Both the position numbers and the translations under genes were made by a program. Below the pieces are notes generated by a model. The model was not told the origin of the DNA. It was given only the letters and a program-made list of their open reading frames with translations, and did not search any database. A DNA stretch of 64,000 bases, taken from assembly GCA_963724295.1 (NCBI GenBank), contig CAVRUC010000010.1, forward strand, positions 192,001 to 256,000, written 5' to 3'. Positions 1 to 10,110 of this stretch are shown here, in pieces; within the stretch, counting starts at the first letter, position 1; the number at the start of each line of letters is the position of its first letter. The DNA is from an uncultured Chloroflexia bacterium. Lineage in GTDB: Bacteria > Chloroflexota > Chloroflexia > Thermomicrobiales > UBA6265.

Positions 1-203
1 TCGGAATCCGCCCAAGCAGCGGCGCTCGTCCCTCTCTATCCATTTCAACGTCTGGATGCCGGTTGAGGTTTCCTTTTTCGCGAAGCCCACGACTCCCCAA
101 CCCACCCATGGCGACATGCGCAAAGCGTGCCAGAGGTGCGTCCAGACCGCACAGCCAAACGTACTCACTATGAAACAGATTTCACCGGTCGAGAAGTGGG
201 GCA

Positions 204-796
204 ATGACGGTAACAACACTCGACGAGACGCCCGCCGACCGCCGCGACGGTGTTTCATTCACGAGGTTGCTCTGGGTGGCGCCGCTGACCGTCGTCGTCG
301 CCCTGCTCGTCAACCTGGTCATCAAGAGCCCTGGTCCAGGCGATCGATCCGTCTCTGGCGGAGATGGGGCAGCTGGGACGACCCCTGATCATCCTCACGG
401 TGGAAGGGGCGATCCTGGCCGTGCTGGTCTTCGCCCTGATGGTCTGGCTGGTGCCCCACCCGATCCGCTGGTTTCGCCTCGTGGCGGTCATCGCGCTGCT
501 GCTCAGCCTCATCCCCGATCTGCTGCTCGGTCTTGGGGGTGATCTGCGGCGGATGGGCTCAGCGATGGTTGCCCCGTTCTCCCGCTTTGGCAGCATGGTT
601 CTTTCCCGCCGAGCAAGGGGGTGGGCGTCCCCCCGGCGGCCCGTCACCAGGGGACGTCCTCCCCGGGCTGCCTTGGGAGCGGGTGCTGATCCTGATGCTG
701 TTGCATGCGGCCACCGCCGTGGTCTGTATCGTGCTGCTGACGACGCTGACGCGCGACCCGGCGGTCACCGGGACGCCGGCAGCCGAACGAGGGTGA
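204..796 (+). CDS. Multi-TM membrane protein (DUF6069-like), split by two apparent frameshifts
   Basis: Hydrophobic helices continue across three frames (ORFs 204..542, 364..804, 533..796): RLLWVAPLTVVVALLVNLVIK / LIILTVEGAILAVLVF..LLLSLIPDLLL / VLILMLLHAATAVVCIVLL. Confidence 0.6.
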
Positions 797-811
797 CAGG
801 GTAAGGCGGTC

Positions 812-1783
812 TCAGGGCGCTGGCGTCGCTCCAGTTGCGCCGGTCTCCGCCCAGATACGGAGAAGACCCTCGATATTGAGCGGGAGCCACTCGGCAAACA
901 TGCCCCAGGATCCGTAGGCCGGCTCCAGCTCCGTCCGCACCGCCTCGACCATCTCCGGGGAGTTGTCCGCCAGTCCTTGATCCTGGGCCGCTCGCACCGC
1001 GGCCATCAGGTCCTCGAGATACTCGCGTACCTCGGTCACGTTCGCCTTCGTTCCCGGCAGCGGCGGATGTCCGGGTACCAGGACATCGAAGTCGAGGTTT
1101 GCTTCGATCCAGCGCAACGACTCGACCCACTCCTCCGGGTACGCGTCCGGCAGATTCTGGAACAGCAGGGTGTTGACCGGGATGAAGTCGACGGCGAACA
1201 GGAGCCGGCGCTCGGGATAGAGCAACACGATGCTGTTGTCGGAGTGGTTCCGCCCCGTGTAGTAGAGCTCGATCGTCTTGCCGCCCAACTCGAGCGTCAG
1301 CTGGTCCGTGAAGGCGATCTCCGGCACCGGAATGCGAGGATCGGCGAGGGCCGCCAGCTTCTCGACCGCATTGCGATGCGAGATGAAGGTGGCTGTCTCG
1401 GCGAAGATCTCTCCACCGGTGGCGTGGTCCGGGTGGTGATGGCTGTAAATGAGGTAGCGCACCGGCTGATCGGTCACCGAGGTGATCGCCGTCCGGTAGG
1501 CCTCCGCTCGCTCCGGTCCGCCCTGGCTCCCCGGATCGGTGGCGATGACTCCCTCGTCGGTGACGATGAAGAGCGAGATGTAGCCGCTGTTGACGAAGGC
1601 ATACGTATCGTCGCCGAACTGCTGCAGATCGGCGGAGAGCGCGCCGGGGGTGGCCTCCTGCGCGAGCGTGCGCCCGTGCCTCGCGAGCAGCATCGAGGGT
1701 GGTAGGGCGAGCGCCAGCTTCTGCACGGTGCGGCGGCTGAGACGCGTCTGCAAGTGCAAGGGCAAGTGCCTGGACCTGTTCAT
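812..1783 (-). CDS. Tat-exported MBL-fold metallo-hydrolase
   Basis: SRRTVQ twin-arginine leader; YSHHHPDHATG motif, GRNHS, AVDF, VPGH. Confidence 0.9.
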   Translation of the reverse strand: MNRSRHLPLHLQTRLSRRTVQKLALALPPSMLLARHGRTLAQEATPGALSADLQQFGDDTYAFVNSGYISLFIVTDEGVIATDPGSQGGPERAEAYRTAITSVTDQPVRYLIYSHHHPDHATGGEIFAETATFISHRNAVEKLAALADPRIPVPEIAFTDQLTLELGGKTIELYYTGRNHSDNSIVLLYPERRLLFAVDFIPVNTLLFQNLPDAYPEEWVESLRWIEANLDFDVLVPGHPPLPGTKANVTEVREYLEDLMAAVRAAQDQGLADNSPEMVEAVRTELEPAYGSWGMFAEWLPLNIEGLLRIWAETGATGATPAP

Positions 1784-1985
1784 TGAAACCTCCTTATCGA
1801 GATGCTTTCTACAAGACTACGAAACCTGGAGGGAATCGGGTCTAAGTTTGACAGCGACGGGCGTCATGCTCCAGCGCCCCTCTTCCGCACGATGATGGCG
1901 CCGTGTCCCAGCCATGGACTCGGGTGCTATCTCAGATACTGCCGCGCCTTTTCTTCGAACCAGTGTTCCATCGGAAGGGGCGGGC

Positions 1986-2801
1986 TCAGGCCGGTGGATA
2001 GAGGGCTGGGTTGAAGCGCCGGGCGCACAGCCCCGTCGCCCGCGCCAGGTCGATGTCGTGTACCAGGAGCTGCTCCTGGCCGTAGGGAACAGAGGCGAGG
2101 CACTCCCCCTCGGGGCCGAGGAGGCTGGTGGCCGAGTCCTGGTACCGCATCGCGTAATTGACGCTGGCGAAATAGATCGTGTTCTCGACGCTGCGCGCCA
2201 CCATCGCCTTCTCGTAGTAGGGCGAATCGGGATCCCCCCAGCGATCGATGGTCATGCCGCTGTGGTCGCTGCCCGTGAGCTGCGGGTGGAAGACGAGACG
2301 GGCGCCGCGGGTCGCCGCCCAGCGCACGCTTTCCGGGTAGCGCCACCCCTCGTGGCAGATGGCGATTCCGAACGGGACGCCATCGACCTCGAAGAGCCGG
2401 CGGCGGCCGTCGGGGACGTAGAACGGTTCTTCTTCGAGGGGGATCTGATTTTTCGCCTGGTAGCCGACGACCTCGCCGTCACGCGAGACGACGAACGCCA
2501 CATTGTGCAGTCCGGCGGCGGATTCCCACTCCATGCCGATCACGGTCGCCACGCGGTGCGCCTCGGCCGCGGCGCGGACCTCCTCCAGCGCCTCCCGCTG
2601 CCGGCGTTGGTCATGGGCCGGGACGGGAAAGTCGCAGCCACGCAACCCGGGGATGTAGGTCTCCGGAAAGCAGACGATGGCCACGTCACGCGCTGCCGCC
2701 TCGGCCAGAAAGCGTTTGACCGTCTCGAGTCGCTCCGCGACGGACGGCACGTTCCGCACCGCGGCCAATCCGATGCGCAAGATCCCATCCGCCATGATCA
2801 C
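1986..2801 (-). CDS. Carbon-nitrogen hydrolase (nitrilase family)
   Basis: E-K-C triad motifs CFPE, YQAKNQ, ICHE. Confidence 0.9.
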   Translation of the reverse strand: MIMADGILRIGLAAVRNVPSVAERLETVKRFLAEAAARDVAIVCFPETYIPGLRGCDFPVPAHDQRRQREALEEVRAAAEAHRVATVIGMEWESAAGLHNVAFVVSRDGEVVGYQAKNQIPLEEEPFYVPDGRRRLFEVDGVPFGIAICHEGWRYPESVRWAATRGARLVFHPQLTGSDHSGMTIDRWGDPDSPYYEKAMVARSVENTIYFASVNYAMRYQDSATSLLGPEGECLASVPYGQEQLLVHDIDLARATGLCARRFNPALYPPA

Positions 2802-3055
2802 TCCCTATTCCAGGTTCGGGCGCTCGCCTGACACGAAAGTTCTGGCTACGCATTCTCACATGAGCTCGGGATGCCACGAAGATTGACTCGCCGCGATTCC
2901 GACCGAGCTTCTCACCCTGGAACTCCAGGATTGTGCTGGCGCCGCACGTCAAATCCGGCAATAACCCGGACAGCCTGGTTCGTCGGTGAAAAGAAGGAAT
3001 CCGAGTCTTCTCGTTGGCTCCAGGGCCGCCCGCAACCTTGGGGCGAACAAAGACT

Positions 3056-3082
3056 GACACGGGGTCGCTTCGACCCCGTGTC
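3056..3082. terminator. Perfect 12-bp hairpin, terminator-like
   Basis: GACACGGGGTCG-ctt-CGACCCCGTGTC, followed by agtctttgtt on the minus strand, downstream of the VOC gene. Confidence 0.5.
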
Positions 3083-3216
3083 CCAGATTTCTCCCGGCTA
3101 CTAACCCGGCCAGGAAGGTGCAGCGGGTACCGCACAATCGGCGCGTTCCATGTCGTGGCAAGACGTCAGCGACGCGACACCGGGCAAAGCTGCCGGTCTA
3201 CCGAGCGAGTCATCAA

Positions 3217-3262
3217 ACGCTCGAGAGGCGTCCAACACGCTCGAGAGGCGTCCAACACGCTC
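3217..3262. repeat. 20-bp tandem repeat, 2.3 copies
   Basis: ACGCTCGAGAGGCGTCCAAC x2 plus ACGCTC, abutting the VOC stop codon. Confidence 0.9.
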
Positions 3263-3700
3263 CTAGGACGGGCTCGTGCAGTTGATGAGCCACTGAACGC
3301 CAAACCGGTCGACCAGGGAGCCAAAGTAGTCTCCCCAGAACATCTGCTGCATCGGCTGTTCCACTTTGCCCCCAGCCGAGAGCGCGGCGAACAACGTGTC
3401 GGCCTCGGCCCGGGTGTCCGGATCCAGGGCGATGTAGACGTTGTTGCCCTGGTTGAGCTGAAACCCCATCGATTCTGGTGCATCGCTGCCCATCAGCAGG
3501 TGGCCGCCCAGGATCGGCAGCTGGACATTCATGACCAGCTGCTTGTCGTCGTCGCTCATCGCCGGCTGGCCTTCTTGCGCCGGAGCATCCCCCATGCGAG
3601 CGATTCCTCCGATGAACTCGGTGCCGAAGACCGACTTGTAGAAGTTGAACGCCTCCTCGGTGCTGCGCACGAAGTTGAGGTAGGTGCTGGTTCGGGCCAA
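3263..3700 (-). CDS. VOC family protein (PhnB-like)
   Basis: YLNF..EEAFNFYKSVFG, LMGSD, QMFWGDYFGSLVDRFGVQWLIN; probable TTG start at 3700. Confidence 0.9.
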   Translation of the reverse strand: MARTSTYLNFVRSTEEAFNFYKSVFGTEFIGGIARMGDAPAQEGQPAMSDDDKQLVMNVQLPILGGHLLMGSDAPESMGFQLNQGNNVYIALDPDTRAEADTLFAALSAGGKVEQPMQQMFWGDYFGSLVDRFGVQWLINCTSPS

Positions 3701-3816
3701 GTGAGTCTCTTTCTCGCTCAATCGATTGTCGGTGTCACGTGCTTCCGTCTATCCCCGGTTGGCTGCAGTCACCTTTTCCCCTGGGAATCCCGAACGTTCT
3801 TCGTCTGTGATCTTTC

Positions 3817-4291
3817 CTACTGTGCGTAGGCGGCCTGGAGCTCGGCGACGTCGAGCTTGCCCATCTGCAGCATGCGCCGCATCACCTGACCGGCTCGCTC
3901 GCGGTCGTCGTCCCGCAACAGCTCCGTGAGCGCAGTCGGCACGACCTGCCACGACACGCCGTACTTGTCCTTGAGCCAGCCGCAGGGACCCGGTTCTCCC
4001 CCCTGGGTCAGCGTGTCCCAGTAGTAGTCGACCTCCTCCTGGTTGGCGCATGGGATCGAGAACGAGACCGCCTCAGTGAAGTGGAACTCCGGCCCGCCGT
4101 TGATGGCCTGGAAGGACTGCCCGTTGATCTGAAATTCGATGAACACCACCGGAGCATCGGGAGTCCGGACCGACGTCGTTGAACCGATCGACATGCAGGA
4201 CCTTCGCGTCCTTGAAGACGGACACGTAGTAATTGACGGCTTCTTCGGCGTTCCCGTCGAACCAGAGGCACGGGGCAATCGGCTGCGTCAT
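3817..4291 (-). CDS. VOC family protein (3-demethylubiquinone-9 3-methyltransferase-like), one frameshift near 4160
   Basis: MTQPIAPCLWFDGNAEEA in one frame joins FQAINGGP..CGWLKDKYGVSWQV in another; paralog of 5200..5676. Confidence 0.85.
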
Positions 4292-4374
4292 GGTGGTCTC
4301 CTCACTGCTCACGCCGGGCACGCCGGCCACGCGGTGCGATCTGCCTCCGCTCTGCAGGTCGCTTCTACCATGTA

Positions 4375-4401
4375 GTCGAACGCGGCGGTCAGGAATCGAC
4401 A
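4375..4401 (-). promoter_or_regulatory. ECF42-like promoter TGTCGA-N17-CGAC
   Basis: Minus strand TGTCGAttcctgaccgccgcgttCGAC about 85 nt upstream of the VOC start; same motif at 5759-5785. Confidence 0.65.
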
Positions 4402-4494
4402 CGCGATCTCACGACCGACGAGCATGCCGTCGCGGCCCAACGCCAACACCGCCTAGGAAGCTGGGGTGCCCGCAGGTCTCCCGCCACCGAGCGG

Positions 4495-5010
4495 CTACGT
4501 CGTCCGCCGATAGTGCGAGGTCATGAACTGCTGCCAGGTCCCATCGTCGCCCAGCACGTGCGCGGTCAGCACCCGGTGGTCGTCATCCGTGAGCTCAATC
4601 ACGTCCCGGTACGTCGCCATCGTCCCGTCACCCGCCATGCTGGGGCCCTCGGCCTCAAGCGTCAGCACCTGCCCCGCCGCATCCAGCGCTCCGTCGTAAA
4701 CCCAGAGGTGGGTCATCATCGACCCGATCCAGGTGCCGACGTACCGCCCCTTCTGCGCGTCGTAGCCAAGGGTCATCACCGATAGGTCGATGTCACCGTC
4801 GGGCGTTTCCCCCTCCCCCTCGGCCAGCACCCAGAGGTCCCCGAGCGAGCGCACGCGCTCCCTCCCCGTGAACGTCTCCACGGGCTGGTCTGGCCCCATC
4901 GTCGCCTCGCCGTCGAAGGTCCACGCGCCGATGAGCTTCTGCAGCCAGCGGTGTTCCTCCTGCGGGTTGGTCATCGTCACTGGTAATTGTGGTGCCTCAC
5001 TCGTCGTCAT
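4495..5010 (-). CDS. DUF1579 domain protein
   Basis: PQEEHRWLQKLIGAW, MTLGYD..YVGTWIGSMMT; RBS aaggag before ATG 5010. Confidence 0.85.
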   Translation of the reverse strand: MTTSEAPQLPVTMTNPQEEHRWLQKLIGAWTFDGEATMGPDQPVETFTGRERVRSLGDLWVLAEGEGETPDGDIDLSVMTLGYDAQKGRYVGTWIGSMMTHLWVYDGALDAAGQVLTLEAEGPSMAGDGTMATYRDVIELTDDDHRVLTAHVLGDDGTWQQFMTSHYRRTT

Positions 5011-5199
5011 CGTTGCGTCTCCTTCTCGCGTGCGTGATGGCCGGCTGCGGTGCCGGGCGTCGCAGGTGGACAGAGCCCGCGCACATGTTCCTTGACCGGA
5101 CCCATCGTACCGCCGAATGGGGACAGGCCGCGCCCTGAAATGGGGTCTGGGAACCGGTTGCACACGACGCTGCTGACCTGCTCGGCGTGGCAACCGTCG

Positions 5200-5676
5200 C
5201 TACTTCTGGGCATAAGCCTCCTCGAGCTTGGCGATGTCGATCTTGCCCATTTGCAGCATCGCCTGCATGACCCGGTCTGCTCGCTCCCGGTCCTCGTCCT
5301 GCAACATCTCCGTCAGAACGGTTGGGTTGACCTGCCAGGAGACGCCGAACTTGTCCTTCAGCCACCCGCAGGGACCCGGCTCGCCGCCGTCGGTGAGCTT
5401 GTCCCAGTAGTAATCAACCTCGTCCTGGTTAGCGCATGCGATCGAGAACGAGACCGCCTCGTTGAACGTGAATTCCGGTCCGCCGTTGAGCGCCAGGAAC
5501 TCCTGCCCATCGAGCCGGAACGAGACAACCATGACCGAACCCGCGGCTCTGGGGCCCGCTTCGCCGTAGTAGCTGACATCCGTGATCTCGGAGTTGGGGA
5601 AGACCGAGACGTAGAAGTCGGCAGCCTCCTCGGCGTTCCCATCGAACCATAGGAACGGCGTGATCCTCTGGGGCAT
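5200..5676 (-). CDS. VOC family protein (3-demethylubiquinone-9 3-methyltransferase-like)
   Basis: ITPFLWFDGNAEEAA, ALNGGPEF, CGWLKDKFGVSWQV. Confidence 0.92.
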   Translation of the reverse strand: MPQRITPFLWFDGNAEEAADFYVSVFPNSEITDVSYYGEAGPRAAGSVMVVSFRLDGQEFLALNGGPEFTFNEAVSFSIACANQDEVDYYWDKLTDGGEPGPCGWLKDKFGVSWQVNPTVLTEMLQDEDRERADRVMQAMLQMGKIDIAKLEEAYAQK

Positions 5677-5758
5677 GGTGTTCTCCTCATTGCTCACGCC
5701 GGCATACCGGCGTCACGGCGCGATCTGCCTCCGACCTGCAGGTCGCTTCTATTGAGTA

Positions 5759-5785
5759 GTCGAACGCGGAGGTCTGGAATCGACA
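5759..5785 (-). promoter_or_regulatory. ECF42-like promoter TGTCGA-N17-CGAC
   Basis: Minus strand TGTCGAttccagacctccgcgttCGAC upstream of the VOC gene. Confidence 0.65.
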
Positions 5786-5857
5786 GTGGCTGGATGCCAC
5801 GGGGACTGCTGGCCGAGTTTCAGGTCTTAGCTGAATCAACGACGCACTTGTCGCGCC

Positions 5858-6538
5858 TCACACCGCGCCGCGCACCCCCACCTCATCGAGATGGAGCAGG
5901 AGATCGGCGGGGTCCTCGTAGACACTGTACGCCCCGGCCGTCTCCAGCTCGGCGCGGCCATAGCCGCCGGAGAGGAGTCCAACACCAAGTGCTCGCGCCC
6001 GGCGTGCCGCCAGCAGGTCCCAGATGCTGTCGCCGACGACGATTGCCGATTCGATTTCGACTCCAAGCCGCTCGGCAGCGGCCAGGAATAGATCCGGATC
6101 CGGTTTGGCATGACGCACCTGGTCGCGGGTGACGATTGGCACCCCCTCCGGCACGCCGAGCGTCTCCAGCACCGGTCCCGCGACATCCCAGCGGCCACTC
6201 GTGGCGATCGCCCAAGGCACACCACCGTTCGTCAACGTCGTTAACAGTTCCCGTGCGCCGGGTAGCGGCCGGACTTGTGGCGCAAGCTCCTGGTACGCCT
6301 GCGCGTGCAGCGCCTGCAGCTGAGCCACCTGCTCGGCAGTCACCCCCAACTCCGTCTCTCGCAGCAGCGCATTAATGAACAGCCCGCCGCTCATCCCGAT
6401 GCGTCGATGGATGCGCCAGACTGACAGGTCGATCCCGACCTGCTCGAGAGCCAGGCGCCAAGCCAACACATGCTGATAGACGCTGTCGACCAGCGTGCCA
6501 TCCAGGTCGAAGAGAAACGCGGTTCCGTTACTCACCAT
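5858..6538 (-). CDS. HAD family hydrolase (subfamily IA)
   Basis: FDLDGTLVDS, IATSG, KPDPD, VGDSIWD. Confidence 0.92.
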   Translation of the reverse strand: MVSNGTAFLFDLDGTLVDSVYQHVLAWRLALEQVGIDLSVWRIHRRIGMSGGLFINALLRETELGVTAEQVAQLQALHAQAYQELAPQVRPLPGARELLTTLTNGGVPWAIATSGRWDVAGPVLETLGVPEGVPIVTRDQVRHAKPDPDLFLAAAERLGVEIESAIVVGDSIWDLLAARRARALGVGLLSGGYGRAELETAGAYSVYEDPADLLLHLDEVGVRGAV

Positions 6539-6585
6539 GTCCCTCCACCTGATCCATGACGATCTCTTGACGGAGTAGCGGCGAC

Positions 6586-8031
6586 TTAGCCCAACCCACT
6601 GCCGTGGCACGTCGCGCAGCCAAGACCCCGGCATGATGGGCAGTCGGCCGAGAGCGCTTGCGTGAGCGCCAAGGACAGTCGAGTGCGAGCCCCATACGTG
6701 CGGCGTGCATCCCTGACCGGGTCGATGCCAGTGTGACGCAATCCCGCTCGGAACGCGCCCTCCTCAGCCTGCAAAGGTCCACCACGCTTGTAGACAAGAG
6801 GGTGGCGGAGGCGATGTATCCATAGCGGGATAGCGAACGTCCAACCCGAGAGGCGCACCACGCCGGTCATGATCACGGTCGATCCAAGACAGATCGCTCC
6901 AGAGGTCACCAGTATCGGGACCGCACCCACCATACCGACGATCCCGGCCGCGACGAATGGTCCCAGAGCCGCCGCCGTTCCTTGCGCCACCTGCGTCCGC
7001 GCGACCACGCTCGCCCGTTCCGCGTCGTCCTTTGCCAGCTCGACCCCATGGAGTGTCAGACCGAGCAGGTGGCCAAGCCAGCAGCCGGCGGCGAGCGCCT
7101 CGACCATGATGCCCAGCCGGTAGTCCGGGACGACCGCCCAGAGGAGTGGCGCCGCGCCCGCGCCCACCCCCGAGAGTCCAAGCAATGCCCGCGTCCCTCT
7201 CAGAGTCCCGTAGTCGCCCCACCACCGTTGCAATCCAACCCCGCCAACCGCAGCAACGACCGCGGCCGTCGCGAAGTAACCCGCCGGGGCGTGCAACTCG
7301 TGGACGACGTACGGCGGCAGCACCGGCCGGTTGAGGGCGGCGCCAAACCAGAAGCAGAAGACGCCGCCGAGGAACTGCCAACCCGGAGAACCAGAGATCC
7401 GCCACGCATGCCGCCGGGGCACTGTCGTGGCGGGTGCGAGGCGAAACAAGCGCCACACCTGCAGTGTGCTCACCAGCGCGGCGAGCGCGGCGATGAGGTA
7501 GGCCACCTGCAGCGCCCGCTCCGTCGTTGTCACCCGCACCAGTAGGAGCATCGGCAGTAGCGCCCCCGCGGCGCCGATCGCCGCCGCCGTCGCCCGGCCC
7601 GCAAACCACCGCCCGCGTTCTGACGGGTCGCTCAGACCGGCCAGGTAGGCGATCCAGAGCGGCATCGCCATGCCTTCGCCAACAGCCCAGATCAGCAAGA
7701 TGACGATCAGCACGGAGAGCGCTCCCTCGGTGGTCACGGTGAGGAGGAATGGCACCGTGACGAAGACGACTCTCGCCGCGATCAGTGCAGCGAGCGTCAC
7801 TCGTGAAGCATCTTTGGTCCGTGTCGATAGGATGAAGCCCAAGAAGCCCATGCCGAGGCCAAACAGACTCGCGCCACTGGCGTAGATGGCCAGCGCCAGT
7901 GCCTCTCCCCCGCGCGTGATCAGCAGCAGGCTGACGAAGGCGGCGTTGAGGGCCACGAGCGCACCCCATGCGCCGGCCTCGATCTGCATGCGCCGGCGAA
8001 TCGCCCGGAAATCCCGTTGCGCCTCGGGCAT
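6586..8031 (-). CDS. MFS transporter
   Basis: About 12 hydrophobic segments; SERGRWFAGR and GDYGTLRGTR loop motifs. Confidence 0.8.
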   Translation of the reverse strand: MPEAQRDFRAIRRRMQIEAGAWGALVALNAAFVSLLLITRGGEALALAIYASGASLFGLGMGFLGFILSTRTKDASRVTLAALIAARVVFVTVPFLLTVTTEGALSVLIVILLIWAVGEGMAMPLWIAYLAGLSDPSERGRWFAGRATAAAIGAAGALLPMLLLVRVTTTERALQVAYLIAALAALVSTLQVWRLFRLAPATTVPRRHAWRISGSPGWQFLGGVFCFWFGAALNRPVLPPYVVHELHAPAGYFATAAVVAAVGGVGLQRWWGDYGTLRGTRALLGLSGVGAGAAPLLWAVVPDYRLGIMVEALAAGCWLGHLLGLTLHGVELAKDDAERASVVARTQVAQGTAAALGPFVAAGIVGMVGAVPILVTSGAICLGSTVIMTGVVRLSGWTFAIPLWIHRLRHPLVYKRGGPLQAEEGAFRAGLRHTGIDPVRDARRTYGARTRLSLALTQALSADCPSCRGLGCATCHGSGLG

Positions 8032-8163
8032 GGTCTTCCTCCAGCCTGGATTCCGCGATGGCCGACAGACGACGACCAGGCAGCCCCACAACCACTCTGG
8101 AGAAAGTGAGCCCGCGTCGCAGCGACTTCTGGTGCTACGCGGAGTCCGATCGGGACGCTACGG

Positions 8164-8179
8164 TGTCACATCGGTGACA
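8164..8179. promoter_or_regulatory. Palindromic TGTCA-N6-TGACA site (Crp/Fnr-family geometry)
   Basis: TGTCAcatcggTGACA overlaps the Crp/Fnr stop codon, about 130 nt upstream of the MFS start. Confidence 0.5.
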
Positions 8180-8960
8180 GATGCCGGGACCGGGTCTCGG
8201 CGTGCAACCCCTCCGGGTCGAGCACCTCGATGTCTCGAGTTGCGGTGACGATCAGCCCGGCTTGGCGCAGATCGCCGAGAACGCGACCAACAGCGGGGCG
8301 GGTTGATCCGACCGCTTCCGCAAGCTCCTGCTGGGTGACATCGGCAACCAGGCGTGCGTCTTCGCGCACGGCGGCGAGGTCGAGCAGGTGGCGGGCGACT
8401 CGTTCGCGCAGGGAGCCAAAGGCGTTGTCGGCCACGGCCTCATAGCTCTCGGTCAATCGCCGTGCTAGCTCCTGAGCCAGGAGCCAGCCCACGGCAGGAT
8501 CATTCCGCCCTAGCATCCGTAACGTCCGCGCGTTGAGCACGAGCAACTCGGCGTTCGTTACCATCTGAATGCTGGCCGGAATCGGTCCCCCGACGATGAT
8601 CGGGATGCCGAGCAGATCCCCGGAACGAACATAGCGAATGGTGACGGTGCGACCATCCGGGGCGGAAAGGAAGGCGCGCACTAAACCCGAGATGACCAGG
8701 GCGCAACGAGGCTCATCGGCATCCCGATAAAGCATGCTCCCGGCGGGAAATTCGACGGGCAGCGCGGCGGCCAGTAGCTCTGCCCGTGCCGGTTCGGGGA
8801 ACTCGGCAAGCAGGCTTTCCCGGATAGCTCGTTGCCGGCGCTCGGCTGTCGTGGCGGGGTTAGCACCACTCTCCGCGCCACTATCCTGACCATCATGATC
8901 GGCCGCATCGACCGGCATCCGCGGCGTCCGCACGAGTGTGATCGTGGTCATTGGTTCCAA
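8166..8960 (-). CDS. Crp/Fnr family transcriptional regulator
   Basis: cNMP-binding-like domain (LVISGLVRAF..GDLLG) plus HTH VTQQELAEAVGSTRPAVGRVLGDLRQAGLI. Confidence 0.92.
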   Translation of the reverse strand: MEPMTTITLVRTPRMPVDAADHDGQDSGAESGANPATTAERRQRAIRESLLAEFPEPARAELLAAALPVEFPAGSMLYRDADEPRCALVISGLVRAFLSAPDGRTVTIRYVRSGDLLGIPIIVGGPIPASIQMVTNAELLVLNARTLRMLGRNDPAVGWLLAQELARRLTESYEAVADNAFGSLRERVARHLLDLAAVREDARLVADVTQQELAEAVGSTRPAVGRVLGDLRQAGLIVTATRDIEVLDPEGLHAETRSRHLSPM

Positions 8961-9416
8961 TTCCTCCTCAGAACACCGGCATCAAGGGAACGGCACGGCG
9001 CGACGAGCGCCCAGCCGCTGAGACGACGATGATTGCTTGTGCTTCTTGAATGCCTACGGGGTTAGCTGGTGGGTTCGGACCGGAAGCGCCTCGGCCCTAC
9101 GCGCCCTTGCGGCGCGATTCACCCCGATGAAGCCGTTGCCGGCGCCTGCCCCACGTGGCGCGAATCACCGTGTGGGTGGATCCCCCGTCCCCCGTAGCCA
9201 CATGGCCTGGGAAGTTCGGCGTGAGCGCCATCCATTCCGCTGATGCGCTGGACAGCCCACTCGCGACCACGCTAACACCTAAATGCCTGGCGACATCGTC
9301 GTCGACGCACAAACAGACCGCGACGAACTTGGACTGGCTCGTCTCGGATCGTTCCATTCCGTACGCTTCACCCTGACAGAACAGCTGCGCAATGGAGAAC
9401 CTGGGGAGGTTGGACG

Positions 9417-9971
9417 ATGACCGCCAGCACACCGGCGCCGCTCGCGCCGCAACACGCCGCGGCGCTGCTGGGGACGATGCCCACCTTCTTGCGGGCGGAG
9501 TTCGAGGCCGCTCCGGAAGCGCTGCTGCGTTGGCGTCCCGCGCCCGAAGAGTGGTGCCTGCTGGAGGTGGTCGGTCACCTGATCGAGACGGAAGAGCGCG
9601 GCTTCGCCGGCCGCATCCGGACGATCCTGGCCGAGGAGCGGCCCAAGTTCAGGACCTGGGATCCTTCCGCTGTCGCCCGCGAGCGCCAGGATGAGCGGCG
9701 CGACCCTGCCGAGCTCATGGCGGAGTTCATCAGGCGGCGCACCTCTGGTGTCGCACTCGTGGAGGCATTGACGACCGCCGACCTCGAGCGCGGCGGAGAC
9801 CACCCCGAGGTCGGATTCCTGACCGTCAACGACCTCCTGCACGAGTGGATCCACCACGACGCCAACCATCTGCGCCAGATGCTGGCCAACATTCAGGCCT
9901 ACACCTGGCCCTCGATGGGCAACGCCCAGCGCTTCAGCGCACCGGACGCGAGTCCCGACGGGTCAGGGTGA
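9417..9971 (+). CDS. DinB family protein
   Basis: WCLLEVVGHL, WIHHDANHLRQ His triad. Confidence 0.88.
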   Translation: MTASTPAPLAPQHAAALLGTMPTFLRAEFEAAPEALLRWRPAPEEWCLLEVVGHLIETEERGFAGRIRTILAEERPKFRTWDPSAVARERQDERRDPAELMAEFIRRRTSGVALVEALTTADLERGGDHPEVGFLTVNDLLHEWIHHDANHLRQMLANIQAYTWPSMGNAQRFSAPDASPDGSG

Positions 9972-10110
9972 CGGGTAGCGCCCCCGCGTGCAGCGCATCA
10001 GCCTCGCTGTGACCCTTGCCCGTCTCTGAACAACGGAGCTGTGGGTCCCGTGAGCGACGTTAGGCCGGCAATCACCCGCCGGGTCTCGCCTGGGACTTTG
10101 ACCCGGGCAG

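Noticed and set aside
3100..3135. CCAGGAAGGTGCAGC resembling the SRP RNA domain IV motif
   Set aside because: Lacks the CAGG..GGAA..AGCAG symmetric loop and the long flanking helix
3217..3262. Direct repeats as a possible CRISPR array
   Set aside because: Head-to-tail 20-mers with no spacers and no cas genes
8961..9400. Short ORFs between the Crp/Fnr and DinB genes
   Set aside because: No recognisable motif or consistent codon bias; possibly decayed sequence but unsupported
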